From an uncultured Lachnospiraceae bacterium (GTDB lineage: Bacteria; Bacillota; Clostridia; Lachnospirales; Lachnospiraceae), in assembly GCA_947627245.1 (NCBI GenBank), contig CANQVH010000010.1, positions 7,672 through 71,671 on the forward strand: DNA of 64,000 nucleotides, written 5' to 3'. Below the pieces are notes generated by a model. It was not told where the DNA came from. It worked only from the letters and a program-made list of their open reading frames with translations, and did not search any database. The translations under genes and the position numbers were made by a program. The stretch's first letter is position 1. The number at the start of each line of letters is the position of its first letter. Positions 19,012 to 27,925 of the stretch are shown piece by piece.

Positions 19012-19671
19012 ACGGACTGGGCTTTTATTCGGGAATATCTGCCGATGTATCAGGACGCGGCAATCCTCACGGTGAGGATCGGCTTTCTTGGAATTGCGAT
19101 ATCCATTTTGATCGGTCTGCTCTGTTCCGCGGTGCAGTATTTCAAAATACCGGTGTTGCGGGCGGTCGTTGCCGTTTACATTGAATTCAGCAGGAACACG
19201 CCGCTTCTGGTGCAGTTATTTTTTATCTACTACGGTTTGCCGAAGGTCGGCATTCCGACGGACGCCGAGACGTGCGGCGTGATCGGGCTTGCGTTTTTGG
19301 GCGGCAGCTACATGGCGGAGGCGTTTCGCAGCGGGCTTGAGGCGGTCGAGCCGATCCAGATGGAGAGCTCTTTGAGCCTCGGTATGACGGGCGCGCAGGC
19401 AATGCGGTACGTGATTCTGCCGCAGGCGGTCTCGATCAGTGTTCCGGCTTTTATGGCGAACGTGATTTTTCTGCTGAAGGAGACGAGCGTGTTCAGCGCG
19501 ATCAGCCTGATGGATCTGATGTTCACCGCGAAAGACCTGATCGGTCTGTATTACAAGACGACCGAAAGTCTGTTTTTGCTGGTGGTATTTTATCTTTTGA
19601 TCCTGCTGCCGATCTCGATTCTGGGCAGTCTGCTGGAGAGGAGGCTGCGCTATGCCGGATTTGGGACTTGA
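19012..19671 (+). CDS. Amino-acid ABC transporter permease; RBS points to ACG at 19012, first ATG is at 19045
   Basis: RNTPLLVQLF, EAFRSGLEAV..Q.E..LSLG; AAAGGAGG 8 nt before in-frame ACG GAC TGG. Confidence 0.85.
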   Translation, partial: TDWAFIREYLPMYQDAAILTVRIGFLGIAISILIGLLCSAVQYFKIPVLRAVVAVYIEFSRNTPLLVQLFFIYYGLPKVGIPTDAETCGVIGLAFLGGSYMAEAFRSGLEAVEPIQMESSLSLGMTGAQAMRYVILPQAVSISVPAFMANVIFLLKETSVFSAISLMDLMFTAKDLIGLYYKTTESLFLLVVFYLLILLPISILGSLLERRLRYAGFGT

Positions 19672-20326
19672 GGTACTGTTCAAAGGGAAAAATATGGCAA
19701 GGATCTTGGGCGGACTCGGCGTGGCGCTTCAGATCAGCCTGATCTCCGTGTGCATCAGCATTCCGCTCGGCATTCTGGTCGGCGCGCTCATGACATGGAA
19801 AAATCCGGTCGCGAAGGCGTTTTTCCGCCTTTATCTGGAGATCATCCGGATCATGCCGCAGATGGTGCTGTTGTTTCTGGTCTATTTCGGGACGACGCGG
19901 GCGTTCGGCTGGGATCTCTCCGGGGAGGTTTCCGCGATCATCGTATTCACCCTGTGGGGCACGGCCGAGATGGGCGATCTGGTGCGCGGCGCGCTGATCA
20001 GCATACCGGTGCATCAGTACGAAAGCAGCGCGGCGCTGGGGCTTACGAAAGCGCAGACTTATCTGTATATCATCATTCCGCAGACGATCCGCCGTCTGGT
20101 CCCGCTGTCGATCAATCTGATCACGCGCATGATCAAGACGACGAGCCTGATCCTGATGATCGGCGTCGTGGAGGTGCTGAAGGTCGCGCAGCAGATCATC
20201 GAGGCGAACCGCATGGCGAGTCCGAACGCGGCGTTCGGCGTGTACCTGATCGTGTTGGTTCTGTATTTTCTCGCGTGCTGGCCGATCAGCATGCTGGCAA
20301 GATATCTGGAGAAAAGGTGGAGGTAG
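19652..20326 (+). CDS. Amino-acid ABC transporter permease
   Basis: EAA-like motif DLVRGALISIP.HQYES..ALG. Confidence 0.9.
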   Translation: MPDLGLEVLFKGKNMARILGGLGVALQISLISVCISIPLGILVGALMTWKNPVAKAFFRLYLEIIRIMPQMVLLFLVYFGTTRAFGWDLSGEVSAIIVFTLWGTAEMGDLVRGALISIPVHQYESSAALGLTKAQTYLYIIIPQTIRRLVPLSINLITRMIKTTSLILMIGVVEVLKVAQQIIEANRMASPNAAFGVYLIVLVLYFLACWPISMLARYLEKRWR

Positions 20327-20331
20327 AGAAG

Positions 20332-21084
20332 ATGGCGGAATCCCTGCTCACAATCGAGCATTTGACAAAACGGTTCGGGGATGCCCTGATCCTCAATGAT
20401 CTCAGCCTGACGGTGCGTCAGGGAGAGGTCGTGGTGGTCGTCGGCCCAAGCGGCTGCGGCAAGAGCACGCTTCTTCGCTGTATCAATGCGCTGGAGCCGA
20501 TTCAGGGCGGTACGATCCGGCTGGAAGGAGAGCTGATCGATCACAAGGGAAAGAATCTCCCGGAGCTTCGGCAGAAGATCGGCATGGTGTTCCAGAGCTA
20601 CGAGCTGTTCCCGCACCTGACGGTGATGGACAATATCCTGCTCGCGCCGATGAAGGTGCAGAAGCGCGGAAAGGATGAGGCGAAGAAGGAAGCCCTCGGA
20701 CTTCTGGAGCGCGTCGGTCTGAAGGAGAAGGCGGACAGCTATCCCCGTCAGCTTTCCGGCGGACAGAAGCAGCGCGTGGCGATCGTGCGGGCGCTGTGCA
20801 TGCATCCGGACATTCTTCTGTTTGATGAGGTGACAGCGGCGCTGGATCCGGAGATGGTGCGCGAGGTGCTGGACGTTATGCTGGATCTTGCCCGGCAGGG
20901 CAGGACGATGATTATCGTCACGCACGAGATGCAGTTTGCGCGCGCGGTGGCCGACCGGGTGGTCTTTATCGACGACGGAAGGATCTTGGAGGAGGCGGCG
21001 CCGGACGAGTTTTTTGAAGCGCCGAAGACAGAGCGCGCAAGGCAGTTCCTGAATATGTTTGAGTTCCACAGAGAAGCAAAATAA
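20332..21084 (+). CDS. Amino-acid ABC transporter ATP-binding protein
   Basis: GPSGCGKS, LSGGQKQR, FDEVTAALDPE. Confidence 0.95.
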   Translation: MAESLLTIEHLTKRFGDALILNDLSLTVRQGEVVVVVGPSGCGKSTLLRCINALEPIQGGTIRLEGELIDHKGKNLPELRQKIGMVFQSYELFPHLTVMDNILLAPMKVQKRGKDEAKKEALGLLERVGLKEKADSYPRQLSGGQKQRVAIVRALCMHPDILLFDEVTAALDPEMVREVLDVMLDLARQGRTMIIVTHEMQFARAVADRVVFIDDGRILEEAAPDEFFEAPKTERARQFLNMFEFHREAK

Positions 21085-21115
21085 TAGAATAGTTAAAAAA
21101 GAGGAGTGAAGTATT

Positions 21116-22021
21116 ATGAAGAAATTGAGAAAAGCAGCAGCAGTTACCCTTTCACTGGCACTCGGTCTGTCCATGGCGGCAAGCGTATCCGCAGACGACG
21201 TGGTCTATCGCACGCTGGACGAGATCAAGGAGGACGGCACGATCAACATCGGCGTTTTCTCCGACAAGAATCCGTTCGGTTACGTGGATGAGAACGGCGA
21301 ATATCAGGGCTACGACATTTATCTTGCGAACCGTCTGGGCGAGGATCTGGGCGTTGAGGTAAACTTCGTTTCCACCGAGGCGGCGAACCGCGTCGAGTAT
21401 CTGCAGACAGGCAAGGTGGATATTATCCTTGCGAACTTTACCGTTACCGATGAGCGTGCGGAGCAGGTGGATTTCGCGCTGCCGTACATGAACGTCGCAC
21501 TCGGCGTGGTATCTCCGGATTCCCGTGTGATCGAGAGTCTGGACGATCTCGGCGAGGACGATCAGGTGATCGTGATCTCCGGGACCACGGCGGAGACGTA
21601 TCTGATCGAGAACTATCCGGATCTGAAGCTGCAGAAGTATGATTCCTATGCGACGGCGAAGAACGCGCTGGAGAACGGCAACGGCGTCTGCTGGGCGAAC
21701 GACAACACAGAGGTCATCGCCTATGCGCTTCAGAACGAAGGCTACACGGTAGGTATCCCGTCGCTCGGCAGTCAGGACACGATCGCTCCGGCCGTTTCCA
21801 AGGGAAATGAATCCCTGCTGAACTGGCTGAACGAGGAGATCACCGCGCTGGGCGAGGAGCAGTTCTTCCATGCGGCGTATGAGGCGACGCTGGCGGACAC
21901 CTACGGGATGGACTATGAGGAGAGCCTTGTCGTGGAGGGCGGCGTGACCGCGGAGCCTCAGAGCGAGGGCGCGACCGAGGCGGAGCTTACCGCTGCCGAG
22001 GAGGCCACGGAGGCAGAGTAA
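21116..22021 (+). CDS. Amino-acid (probably cysteine/cystine) ABC transporter substrate-binding protein
   Basis: Signal peptide; GVFSDKNPFGY, ILANFTVT.ER...VDFALPYM, resembling CjaA-type SBPs. Confidence 0.85.
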   Translation: MKKLRKAAAVTLSLALGLSMAASVSADDVVYRTLDEIKEDGTINIGVFSDKNPFGYVDENGEYQGYDIYLANRLGEDLGVEVNFVSTEAANRVEYLQTGKVDIILANFTVTDERAEQVDFALPYMNVALGVVSPDSRVIESLDDLGEDDQVIVISGTTAETYLIENYPDLKLQKYDSYATAKNALENGNGVCWANDNTEVIAYALQNEGYTVGIPSLGSQDTIAPAVSKGNESLLNWLNEEITALGEEQFFHAAYEATLADTYGMDYEESLVVEGGVTAEPQSEGATEAELTAAEEATEAE

Positions 22022-22060
22022 GATTTGATCGTACAGACAGAACGAAATGAGGATCGAGGC

Positions 22061-23218
22061 ATGGAAGCATATCTGGACAATTCGGCGACGACGCGCTGCA
22101 CCGAGGGAGTGCGGGACGTTGTCGTGCGCGCGATGACGGAGGATTACGGGAATCCTTCCTCGCAGCATCGGAAAGGCGTGGAGGCGGAGCGCATCCTGCG
22201 GGATGCGCGTGAGACGATCGCTGCGACACTCAAGGTCAGCGAGAAGGAGATCTTCTTCACGTCGGGAGCCACGGAGTCGAACAACTGGGCGATCATCGGC
22301 GCGGCGCTGGCAAATCGACGCGCGGGCACGCATCTGATCACGACGGCGATCGAGCATGCGGCGGTATCGGAGCCGATGGCGTATCTGGAGAAGCAGGGTT
22401 TTCGTGTGACATATCTCCCGGTAGATGCGCGCGGGCATATCAGCCTTGAGGATTTGGAGAAAGCGCTCTGCGAGGAGACGATCCTCGTCTCGATCATGTA
22501 CGTCAACAACGAGATCGGGACGATCGAGCCGATCTCGGAAGCGGGAAAGCTGATTAAGGCGCGCAATCCGCGCACGCTGTTCCATGTGGATGCGGTGCAG
22601 GCCTATGGGAAGATGGAGATTCGTCCGAGGAAGCTGGGCGTGGACATGCTCTCGGTCAGCGCGCACAAGATTCATGGGCCGAAGGGCGTCGGCTTTCTGT
22701 ATGTAAACGAGAAGACGAAGCTTCAGCCTATGATGCTCGGCGGCGGGCAGCAGAGGGGGATGCGCTCCGGCACGGACAACGTCCCGGGCGCGGCCGGACT
22801 CGCGGAGGCGGCGAAAGAAGCGTATGCGCAGCTTGGGCAGAGCACGGAGCATCTGCTGAGCCTGAAAAAGAGGATGATGGACGGGCTGAGAGATCTCGCG
22901 GGTGTCGTCATCCACTCGGAGGAGGGCGACAGGAGCGCTCCCCACATTGTGAGCGCGGCGTTTCCGGGCGTGCGTAGCGAGGTGCTACTGCATGCGCTCG
23001 AGGAGAGAGGCATCTGCGTATCGGCCGGTTCCGCCTGCACGACAAACAAGAAGGTGCCGGTCAGCGGCGTGCTGAAGGAGCTGCATCTGCCGAAGGAGCT
23101 TGCGGAGTCGACGCTGCGTTTCAGCTTCAGCCGTTTCACGACGGATGAGGAGATTGACTATTGTCTGGGAGCGCTGCGCGAGCTGCTTCCGGTGCTTGCG
23201 CGGTACGCGCGGCATTGA
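22061..23218 (+). CDS. iscS: Cysteine desulfurase (IscS/NifS family)
   Basis: YLDNSATT, FTSGATES, HVDAVQ, SAHKIHGPKGVG, SAGSAC; upstream of thiI. Confidence 0.9.
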   Translation: MEAYLDNSATTRCTEGVRDVVVRAMTEDYGNPSSQHRKGVEAERILRDARETIAATLKVSEKEIFFTSGATESNNWAIIGAALANRRAGTHLITTAIEHAAVSEPMAYLEKQGFRVTYLPVDARGHISLEDLEKALCEETILVSIMYVNNEIGTIEPISEAGKLIKARNPRTLFHVDAVQAYGKMEIRPRKLGVDMLSVSAHKIHGPKGVGFLYVNEKTKLQPMMLGGGQQRGMRSGTDNVPGAAGLAEAAKEAYAQLGQSTEHLLSLKKRMMDGLRDLAGVVIHSEEGDRSAPHIVSAAFPGVRSEVLLHALEERGICVSAGSACTTNKKVPVSGVLKELHLPKELAESTLRFSFSRFTTDEEIDYCLGALRELLPVLARYARH

Positions 23219-23291
23219 ACGAAGATGTAATAAAATAATTGCCCATGCATCGGTAAAGTGGGGCAGGATATCATGAACGGAGAGTAAATTT

Positions 23292-24470
23292 ATGTTTCAT
23301 ACATTTCTGATCAAATACGGAGAGATCGCGATCAAGGGAAAGAACCGGCATCTGTTTGAAGACGCGCTGGTGAGCCAGATCTGCCACGCGCTGAAGCGGG
23401 TGGAAGGGGAATTCCGCGTGTATAAGGAGCAGGGGCGCATCTATATCGACTGTGAGCCGGGTTATGATTATGATGAGACGGTCGAAGCGCTGCAGAGGGT
23501 GTTCGGTATTGTCGGGATCTGCCCGGTCATGAAATGTGAGGACGGGGGCATCGAAAAGCTTGGGGATGACGTTGTGGAATTCCTGAAGCAGACCTACGAC
23601 CGCCATGACCAAAGCTTCAAGGTGTTTACAAGGCGTCCGAAAAAGAGCTATCCGCTCGATTCCATGGAGGTAAGCGCCGAGCTCGGCGGCCGCATTCTCG
23701 ACGCGTTTCCGGATATGCGCGTGGACGTGCATGAGCCGGAGCTGCAGCTCTATGTGGAGCTTCGGGATGAGATCTTTATTTATTCAAAAATCATTCCGGG
23801 ACCGGGCGGTATGCCGGTCGGCACGAACGGGCGGGCGATGCTGCTGCTCTCCGGGGGTATCGACAGTCCTGTCGCCGGTTACATGATCAGCAAGCGCGGT
23901 GTCTGTCTGGACGCGGTATATTTTCATGCGCCGCCTTATACGAGTGAGCGCGCGAAGCAGAAGGTCGTGGATCTGGCGAAGATTATTGCCGCTTATGCCG
24001 GGCCGATCCGTCTGCATGTTGTGAATTTCACGGACATTCAGCTCTATATTTACGACAAATGCCCGCACGATGAGCTGACGATCATTATGCGGCGTTATAT
24101 GATGCGGATCGCTGAGTATTTTGCCGAAAAGACGAATTCCCACGCGCTGGTGACGGGCGAGAGTCTTGGGCAGGTGGCAAGCCAGACGATGCAGAGTCTC
24201 GCCGCGACGAACGAGGTCTGCACGATTCCGGTGTTCCGGCCGCTGATCGGATTTGACAAGCAGGAGATCGTTGATATTGCGCAGAAAATCGATACGTTTG
24301 AGACGTCGATCCTTCCGTTCGAGGATTGCTGCACGATTTTTGTGGCGAAGCATCCGGTCACGAAACCGAACATCAATATCATCAAGCGTTCCGAGACGAA
24401 GCTTGCCGAGAAGATTGATGAACTGATGCAGACGGCGCTTGAGACGACGGAAGTACTCCTGATCGAATAG
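23292..24470 (+). CDS. thiI: tRNA 4-thiouridine synthase ThiI
   Basis: KYGEIAIKGKNR, THUMP domain, LLSGGIDSPVA, TGESLGQVASQT, EDCC. Confidence 0.95.
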   Translation: MFHTFLIKYGEIAIKGKNRHLFEDALVSQICHALKRVEGEFRVYKEQGRIYIDCEPGYDYDETVEALQRVFGIVGICPVMKCEDGGIEKLGDDVVEFLKQTYDRHDQSFKVFTRRPKKSYPLDSMEVSAELGGRILDAFPDMRVDVHEPELQLYVELRDEIFIYSKIIPGPGGMPVGTNGRAMLLLSGGIDSPVAGYMISKRGVCLDAVYFHAPPYTSERAKQKVVDLAKIIAAYAGPIRLHVVNFTDIQLYIYDKCPHDELTIIMRRYMMRIAEYFAEKTNSHALVTGESLGQVASQTMQSLAATNEVCTIPVFRPLIGFDKQEIVDIAQKIDTFETSILPFEDCCTIFVAKHPVTKPNINIIKRSETKLAEKIDELMQTALETTEVLLIE

Positions 24471-24472
24471 GC

Positions 24473-24503
24473 AAAAAAAGAGGGACTGTTTCAAAACAGT
24501 CCC
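24473..24503. terminator. Intrinsic terminator between convergent thiI and HPr-like genes
   Basis: GGGACTGTT-TCAA-AACAGTCCC with an A-run on the left (U-tract on the minus strand). Confidence 0.75.
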
Positions 24504-24528
24504 GTGCAGACAAAGCAAAAAGCAGCGG

Positions 24529-24759
24529 TCAGATGATATACGGAGCGAGCGCTTTGAGCACTTCATCCATATTGTCTTCCGCGTGTACGTTGAGATCGAT
24601 CGGTTTCGACAGGTCGAGACTGAAGATGCCCATGATGGACTTCGCGTCGATCACATATCTGCCGGAGACAAGATCGAAGTCATTGTCGAATTTGGTGACA
24701 TCGTTTACGAAAGATTTTACTTTATCAATCGAATTTAAGGATATCTGAACTGTTTTCAT
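24529..24759 (-). CDS. HPr-family protein
   Basis: SGRYVIDAKSIMGIFSLDLSKP; GGAGG RBS. Confidence 0.9.
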   Translation of the reverse strand: MKTVQISLNSIDKVKSFVNDVTKFDNDFDLVSGRYVIDAKSIMGIFSLDLSKPIDLNVHAEDNMDEVLKALAPYII

Positions 24760-24937
24760 AAAATGTCCTCCCCGCATGAATTTATTTATAACATTATCTT
24801 AACGGTCTGGAAACGAAAAGTCAAGTTGAAAACAGAAGAAGATGGACATATTATATATAAAATTTGCCGCCGACTTCGGGAAAGAAAGCGGCGATGATAT
24901 TTTTGCGGGACGGGGGTTTGTCCCAAGGAGGAGCAAA

Positions 24938-26356
24938 ATGGGCAAAAAAGCGGCGCTTCACAATCTTGGCTGCAAGGTGAACGCATATGAGACGGAGGCG
25001 ATGCGCCAGCTTCTTGAGGAAGCCGGATATGAGATCGTGCCGTTCGCTCCGGGCGCCGATGTCTATGTCGTCAACACCTGCACGGTGACGAACATTGCCG
25101 ACCGCAAATCGCGTCAGATGATCCACCGGGCAAAGAAGATGAATCCGGATGCGATCGTCGTGGCGGCAGGCTGCTACGTGCAGACGGCTCGCTCTGCCGG
25201 AAAAGACGAGAAGCCGCGCAGCGCGGCGGGAGACGATTTGACGCGGGGGAATGGCGCCGACGGGTCGGAGGACGCATCGATTGACATTGTGTTAGGCAAC
25301 AACTGCAAAAAAGATATCGTGGAGGTGCTGCGCGATTTTGAGGCGGCGCGGGCCGGGACAGATGCAACAGACAGAACGAAGGGTTCTTTTGCGCCGGGCG
25401 TGCATGCAGGCAGATTGTCCGACATTAACCATACGAAAGAATTCGAAGAGCTGAACGTATCGAAGACGCAGGAGCACACGCGCGCCTATATGAAGGTGCA
25501 GGACGGCTGCAACCAGTTCTGCAGCTATTGCATCATTCCGTATGCGCGGGGGAGAGTGCGCAGCCGCGCGCCGGAGGACGTGGTGCGCGAGGCGCATGCG
25601 CTTGCGGAAAACGGCTGCCGTGAGGTCGTGCTGACCGGGATTCATCTGAGCTCTTACGGCTGCGACCACGATACGACGCTGCTTGGATTGATCCGCGCCG
25701 TACATGAAGTCGACGGAATTGAGCGCATCCGGCTCGGATCGCTCGAACCGGGCATTATCACGGAGGCGTTTGCCGGGTCGCTTGCCGCGATGCCGAAATT
25801 TTGCCCGCATTTTCATCTGTCGCTGCAGAGCGGCTGCGACGCCACGCTGAAACGCATGAACCGCCGTTACACGGCCGCGGAGTATGAGGAGAAATGCGCG
25901 CTGCTGCGCGAGACGTTTCGCGATCCGGCCCTCACGACGGATGTGATCGTCGGTTTTCCGGGAGAGACGCAGGAAGAGTTTGAGGAGACCGTTGCTTTTC
26001 TGAAAAAGATACGGCTCTACGAGACGCATATTTTTAAGTATTCCAGAAGAAAGGGGACCCGCGCGGCCGTGATGCCGGATCAGATCCCGGAATCCGTGAA
26101 AGCCGAGCGCAGCGAGCGGCTGATCGCGCTCGGCGAGGAGAACCGCCGCGCGTTCGAGGCACTTTATGTCGGACGGGAGGTCGACATCCTTTTTGAAGAG
26201 AAGTGTACGGTCGGCGGAGGGGAATACTATACCGGCTATACGAAGGAATACATCCGCGCCGCGGTCTTGGCAGAGCAGAATTACGAAAACGTCCTGCTCG
26301 GGGGCGTCCTCGGAGAGCAACTGGAGCCTCATCTGTATAGCCTTTCATGTGAATAA
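24938..26356 (+). CDS. mtaB: tRNA methylthiotransferase MtaB
   Basis: LGCKVNAYET, NTCTVT..AD.KSRQ, KVQDGCNQFCSYCIIP, HFHLSLQSG. Confidence 0.92.
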   Translation: MGKKAALHNLGCKVNAYETEAMRQLLEEAGYEIVPFAPGADVYVVNTCTVTNIADRKSRQMIHRAKKMNPDAIVVAAGCYVQTARSAGKDEKPRSAAGDDLTRGNGADGSEDASIDIVLGNNCKKDIVEVLRDFEAARAGTDATDRTKGSFAPGVHAGRLSDINHTKEFEELNVSKTQEHTRAYMKVQDGCNQFCSYCIIPYARGRVRSRAPEDVVREAHALAENGCREVVLTGIHLSSYGCDHDTTLLGLIRAVHEVDGIERIRLGSLEPGIITEAFAGSLAAMPKFCPHFHLSLQSGCDATLKRMNRRYTAAEYEEKCALLRETFRDPALTTDVIVGFPGETQEEFEETVAFLKKIRLYETHIFKYSRRKGTRAAVMPDQIPESVKAERSERLIALGEENRRAFEALYVGREVDILFEEKCTVGGGEYYTGYTKEYIRAAVLAEQNYENVLLGGVLGEQLEPHLYSLSCE

Positions 26357-26362
26357 TAATTC

Positions 26363-26818
26363 TGTCGGAAACAATGGTAACTTGAAAAAGTAAATTCCAG
26401 TGCAAAAGTAAATTCCACTTAATGTTTATAATTTGTAGATTTTACTAAGTTTTATCAGTGCAATTTAATGGTCACATACTAAATGTAGAAGTAAAATTTA
26501 ACCCAAATAATAGATTTTGTGTCAAGCATTTTCTGTATTCAGATTAAACATGTGCAAGAGTAAATTCCATTGTTGGGTGATTTGTTTTTCCTGTTTCTTG
26601 GTAATGATACCAAAATGCCAGTTTCACCTGTCAAGGGGGCATACGCCCCTAATGGCAAGCCCTTGACAGGGAAACCGGATTTTGGTACAAGGCGGTCAAG
26701 GCAGGAATGGATAGCCAGTCTTTCGTGTGAAAGACAAAAATCTAATTGTGCAGTACTAAATTCCACAATGGATCGGGAGTGTGGAATTTAAAATTTCAAT
26801 TTTCGTGTCGGAAACAAT
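26363..26818. mobile_element. Non-coding IS remnant / MITE-like insertion of about 430 bp with 13-bp flanking direct repeats
   Basis: TGTCGGAAACAAT at 26363 and 26806; imperfect terminal IRs (GTAACTTGAAAAAGTAAATTCCA / TGGAATTTAAAATTTCAATTTTC); repeated TAAATTCCA; long internal hairpin. Confidence 0.6.
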
Positions 26819-26891
26819 TGTTCGAAAAGGATTGAATTATTTTACGAATTATATTAGAATGGGAATACAAGGTACTTAAGGACGTGAGGAT

Positions 26892-27167
26892 ATGGCAGAT
26901 ATCAACAATACACAATACTTTAATTTCAACACAGATCCTGAGCTGCGCGTGAAGAAGGTGCTGGAGGTAGTCTACAACGCGATGGAGGAGAAGGGCTACA
27001 ATCCGGTGAACCAGATCGTAGGTTATATCATGTCGGGTGATCCGACTTATATCACCAGCCACAACAACGCGCGCAGCCTGATCATGAAGGTTGAGAGGGA
27101 CGAGCTGGTTGAGGAGCTTTTGAGAGAGTACGTGAAGAATAAGTCATGGCAGCAGGAGGAGCAGTGA
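26892..27167 (+). CDS. ireB: IreB/ReoM family regulatory phosphoprotein (UPF0297)
   Basis: [23 protein letters not shown]. Confidence 0.92.
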   Translation: MADINNTQYFNFNTDPELRVKKVLEVVYNAMEEKGYNPVNQIVGYIMSGDPTYITSHNNARSLIMKVERDELVEELLREYVKNKSWQQEEQ

Positions 27168-27601
27168 GCCGGATCATGGGACTGGATTTCGGTTCCAAGA
27201 CCGTGGGAGTGGCCGTCAGCGATGCGCTTGGGCTTACCGCGCAGGGCGTGGAGATTATCAGGCGGGAGCAGGAGAACAAGCTGCGGCGGACACTGGCGCG
27301 GATCGAGGAATTGATCCTGCAGTACCATGTGAGCGAGATCGTGCTGGGGTACCCCAAGAATATGAACAATACGGTCGGAGAGCGTGCGCGCAAGACACTG
27401 GAGTTTGCAGAGATGCTGAAGCGCAGGACGGGTCTTCCGGTGGAGATGTGGGATGAACGATTGACGACGGTGGCGGCGAATCGTGCGTTGATCGAGGGCG
27501 GAGTGCGCCGCGAGAAGCGAAAAGAATATGTGGACATGATAGCTGCCGTGTATATTCTGCAGGGATATCTCGACAGCCGCGAGAGGAAAACGAATGAATA
27601 A
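27164..27601 (+). CDS. ruvX: RuvX/YqgF nuclease
   Basis: [28 protein letters not shown]. Confidence 0.92.
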   Translation: MSRIMGLDFGSKTVGVAVSDALGLTAQGVEIIRREQENKLRRTLARIEELILQYHVSEIVLGYPKNMNNTVGERARKTLEFAEMLKRRTGLPVEMWDERLTTVAANRALIEGGVRREKRKEYVDMIAAVYILQGYLDSRERKTNE

Positions 27602-27857
27602 AAAAATAGAGCTGTGCCCGGTTGGCGAAAAGGAGACCGTCGGGTTTTTTGTGTTGGAGGAAACGCGGATCGGCGGGACCTCGTATCTGCTTGTCACAGA
27701 GACCGAGGACGACGAGGCGGATGCGTACATTCTGAAGGATTTATCGAAGGACGGAGACGAAGAGGCGCAGTACATCTTTGTCGAGGATAGCGACGAGCTG
27801 GAAGCAGTGTCGAAGATTTTTGCAGAGCTTTTAGAGGACGTGGAAATTGAGCTCTGA
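27594..27857 (+). CDS. DUF1292 family protein
   Basis: Acidic small protein in the conserved ireB-ruvX-DUF1292 order. Confidence 0.8.
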   Translation: MNKKIELCPVGEKETVGFFVLEETRIGGTSYLLVTETEDDEADAYILKDLSKDGDEEAQYIFVEDSDELEAVSKIFAELLEDVEIEL

Positions 27858-27925
27858 AATGGATAAAAAGTTTATGAGTGACGGAATGCAGAGCTTGTAT
27901 TCCGCTGTTAGCATGGAGGTGCAGA

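Noticed and set aside
19750-20331. Long N-terminal extension of the ABC ATPase (likewise 30412-30732 for the U32 peptidase)
   Set aside because: Overlaps the upstream gene out of frame; the true starts with RBS are at 20332 and 30733.
25190-25420. Extra segments in MtaB (and 40700-40785 in the helicase) as inteins or introns
   Set aside because: Short in-frame low-complexity loops with no splicing motifs.
26811-26824. SOS box upstream of ireB (AAAC-AATT-GTTC)
   Set aside because: Mismatch in the GAAC half-site and overlap with the insertion's direct repeat; too weak to call.
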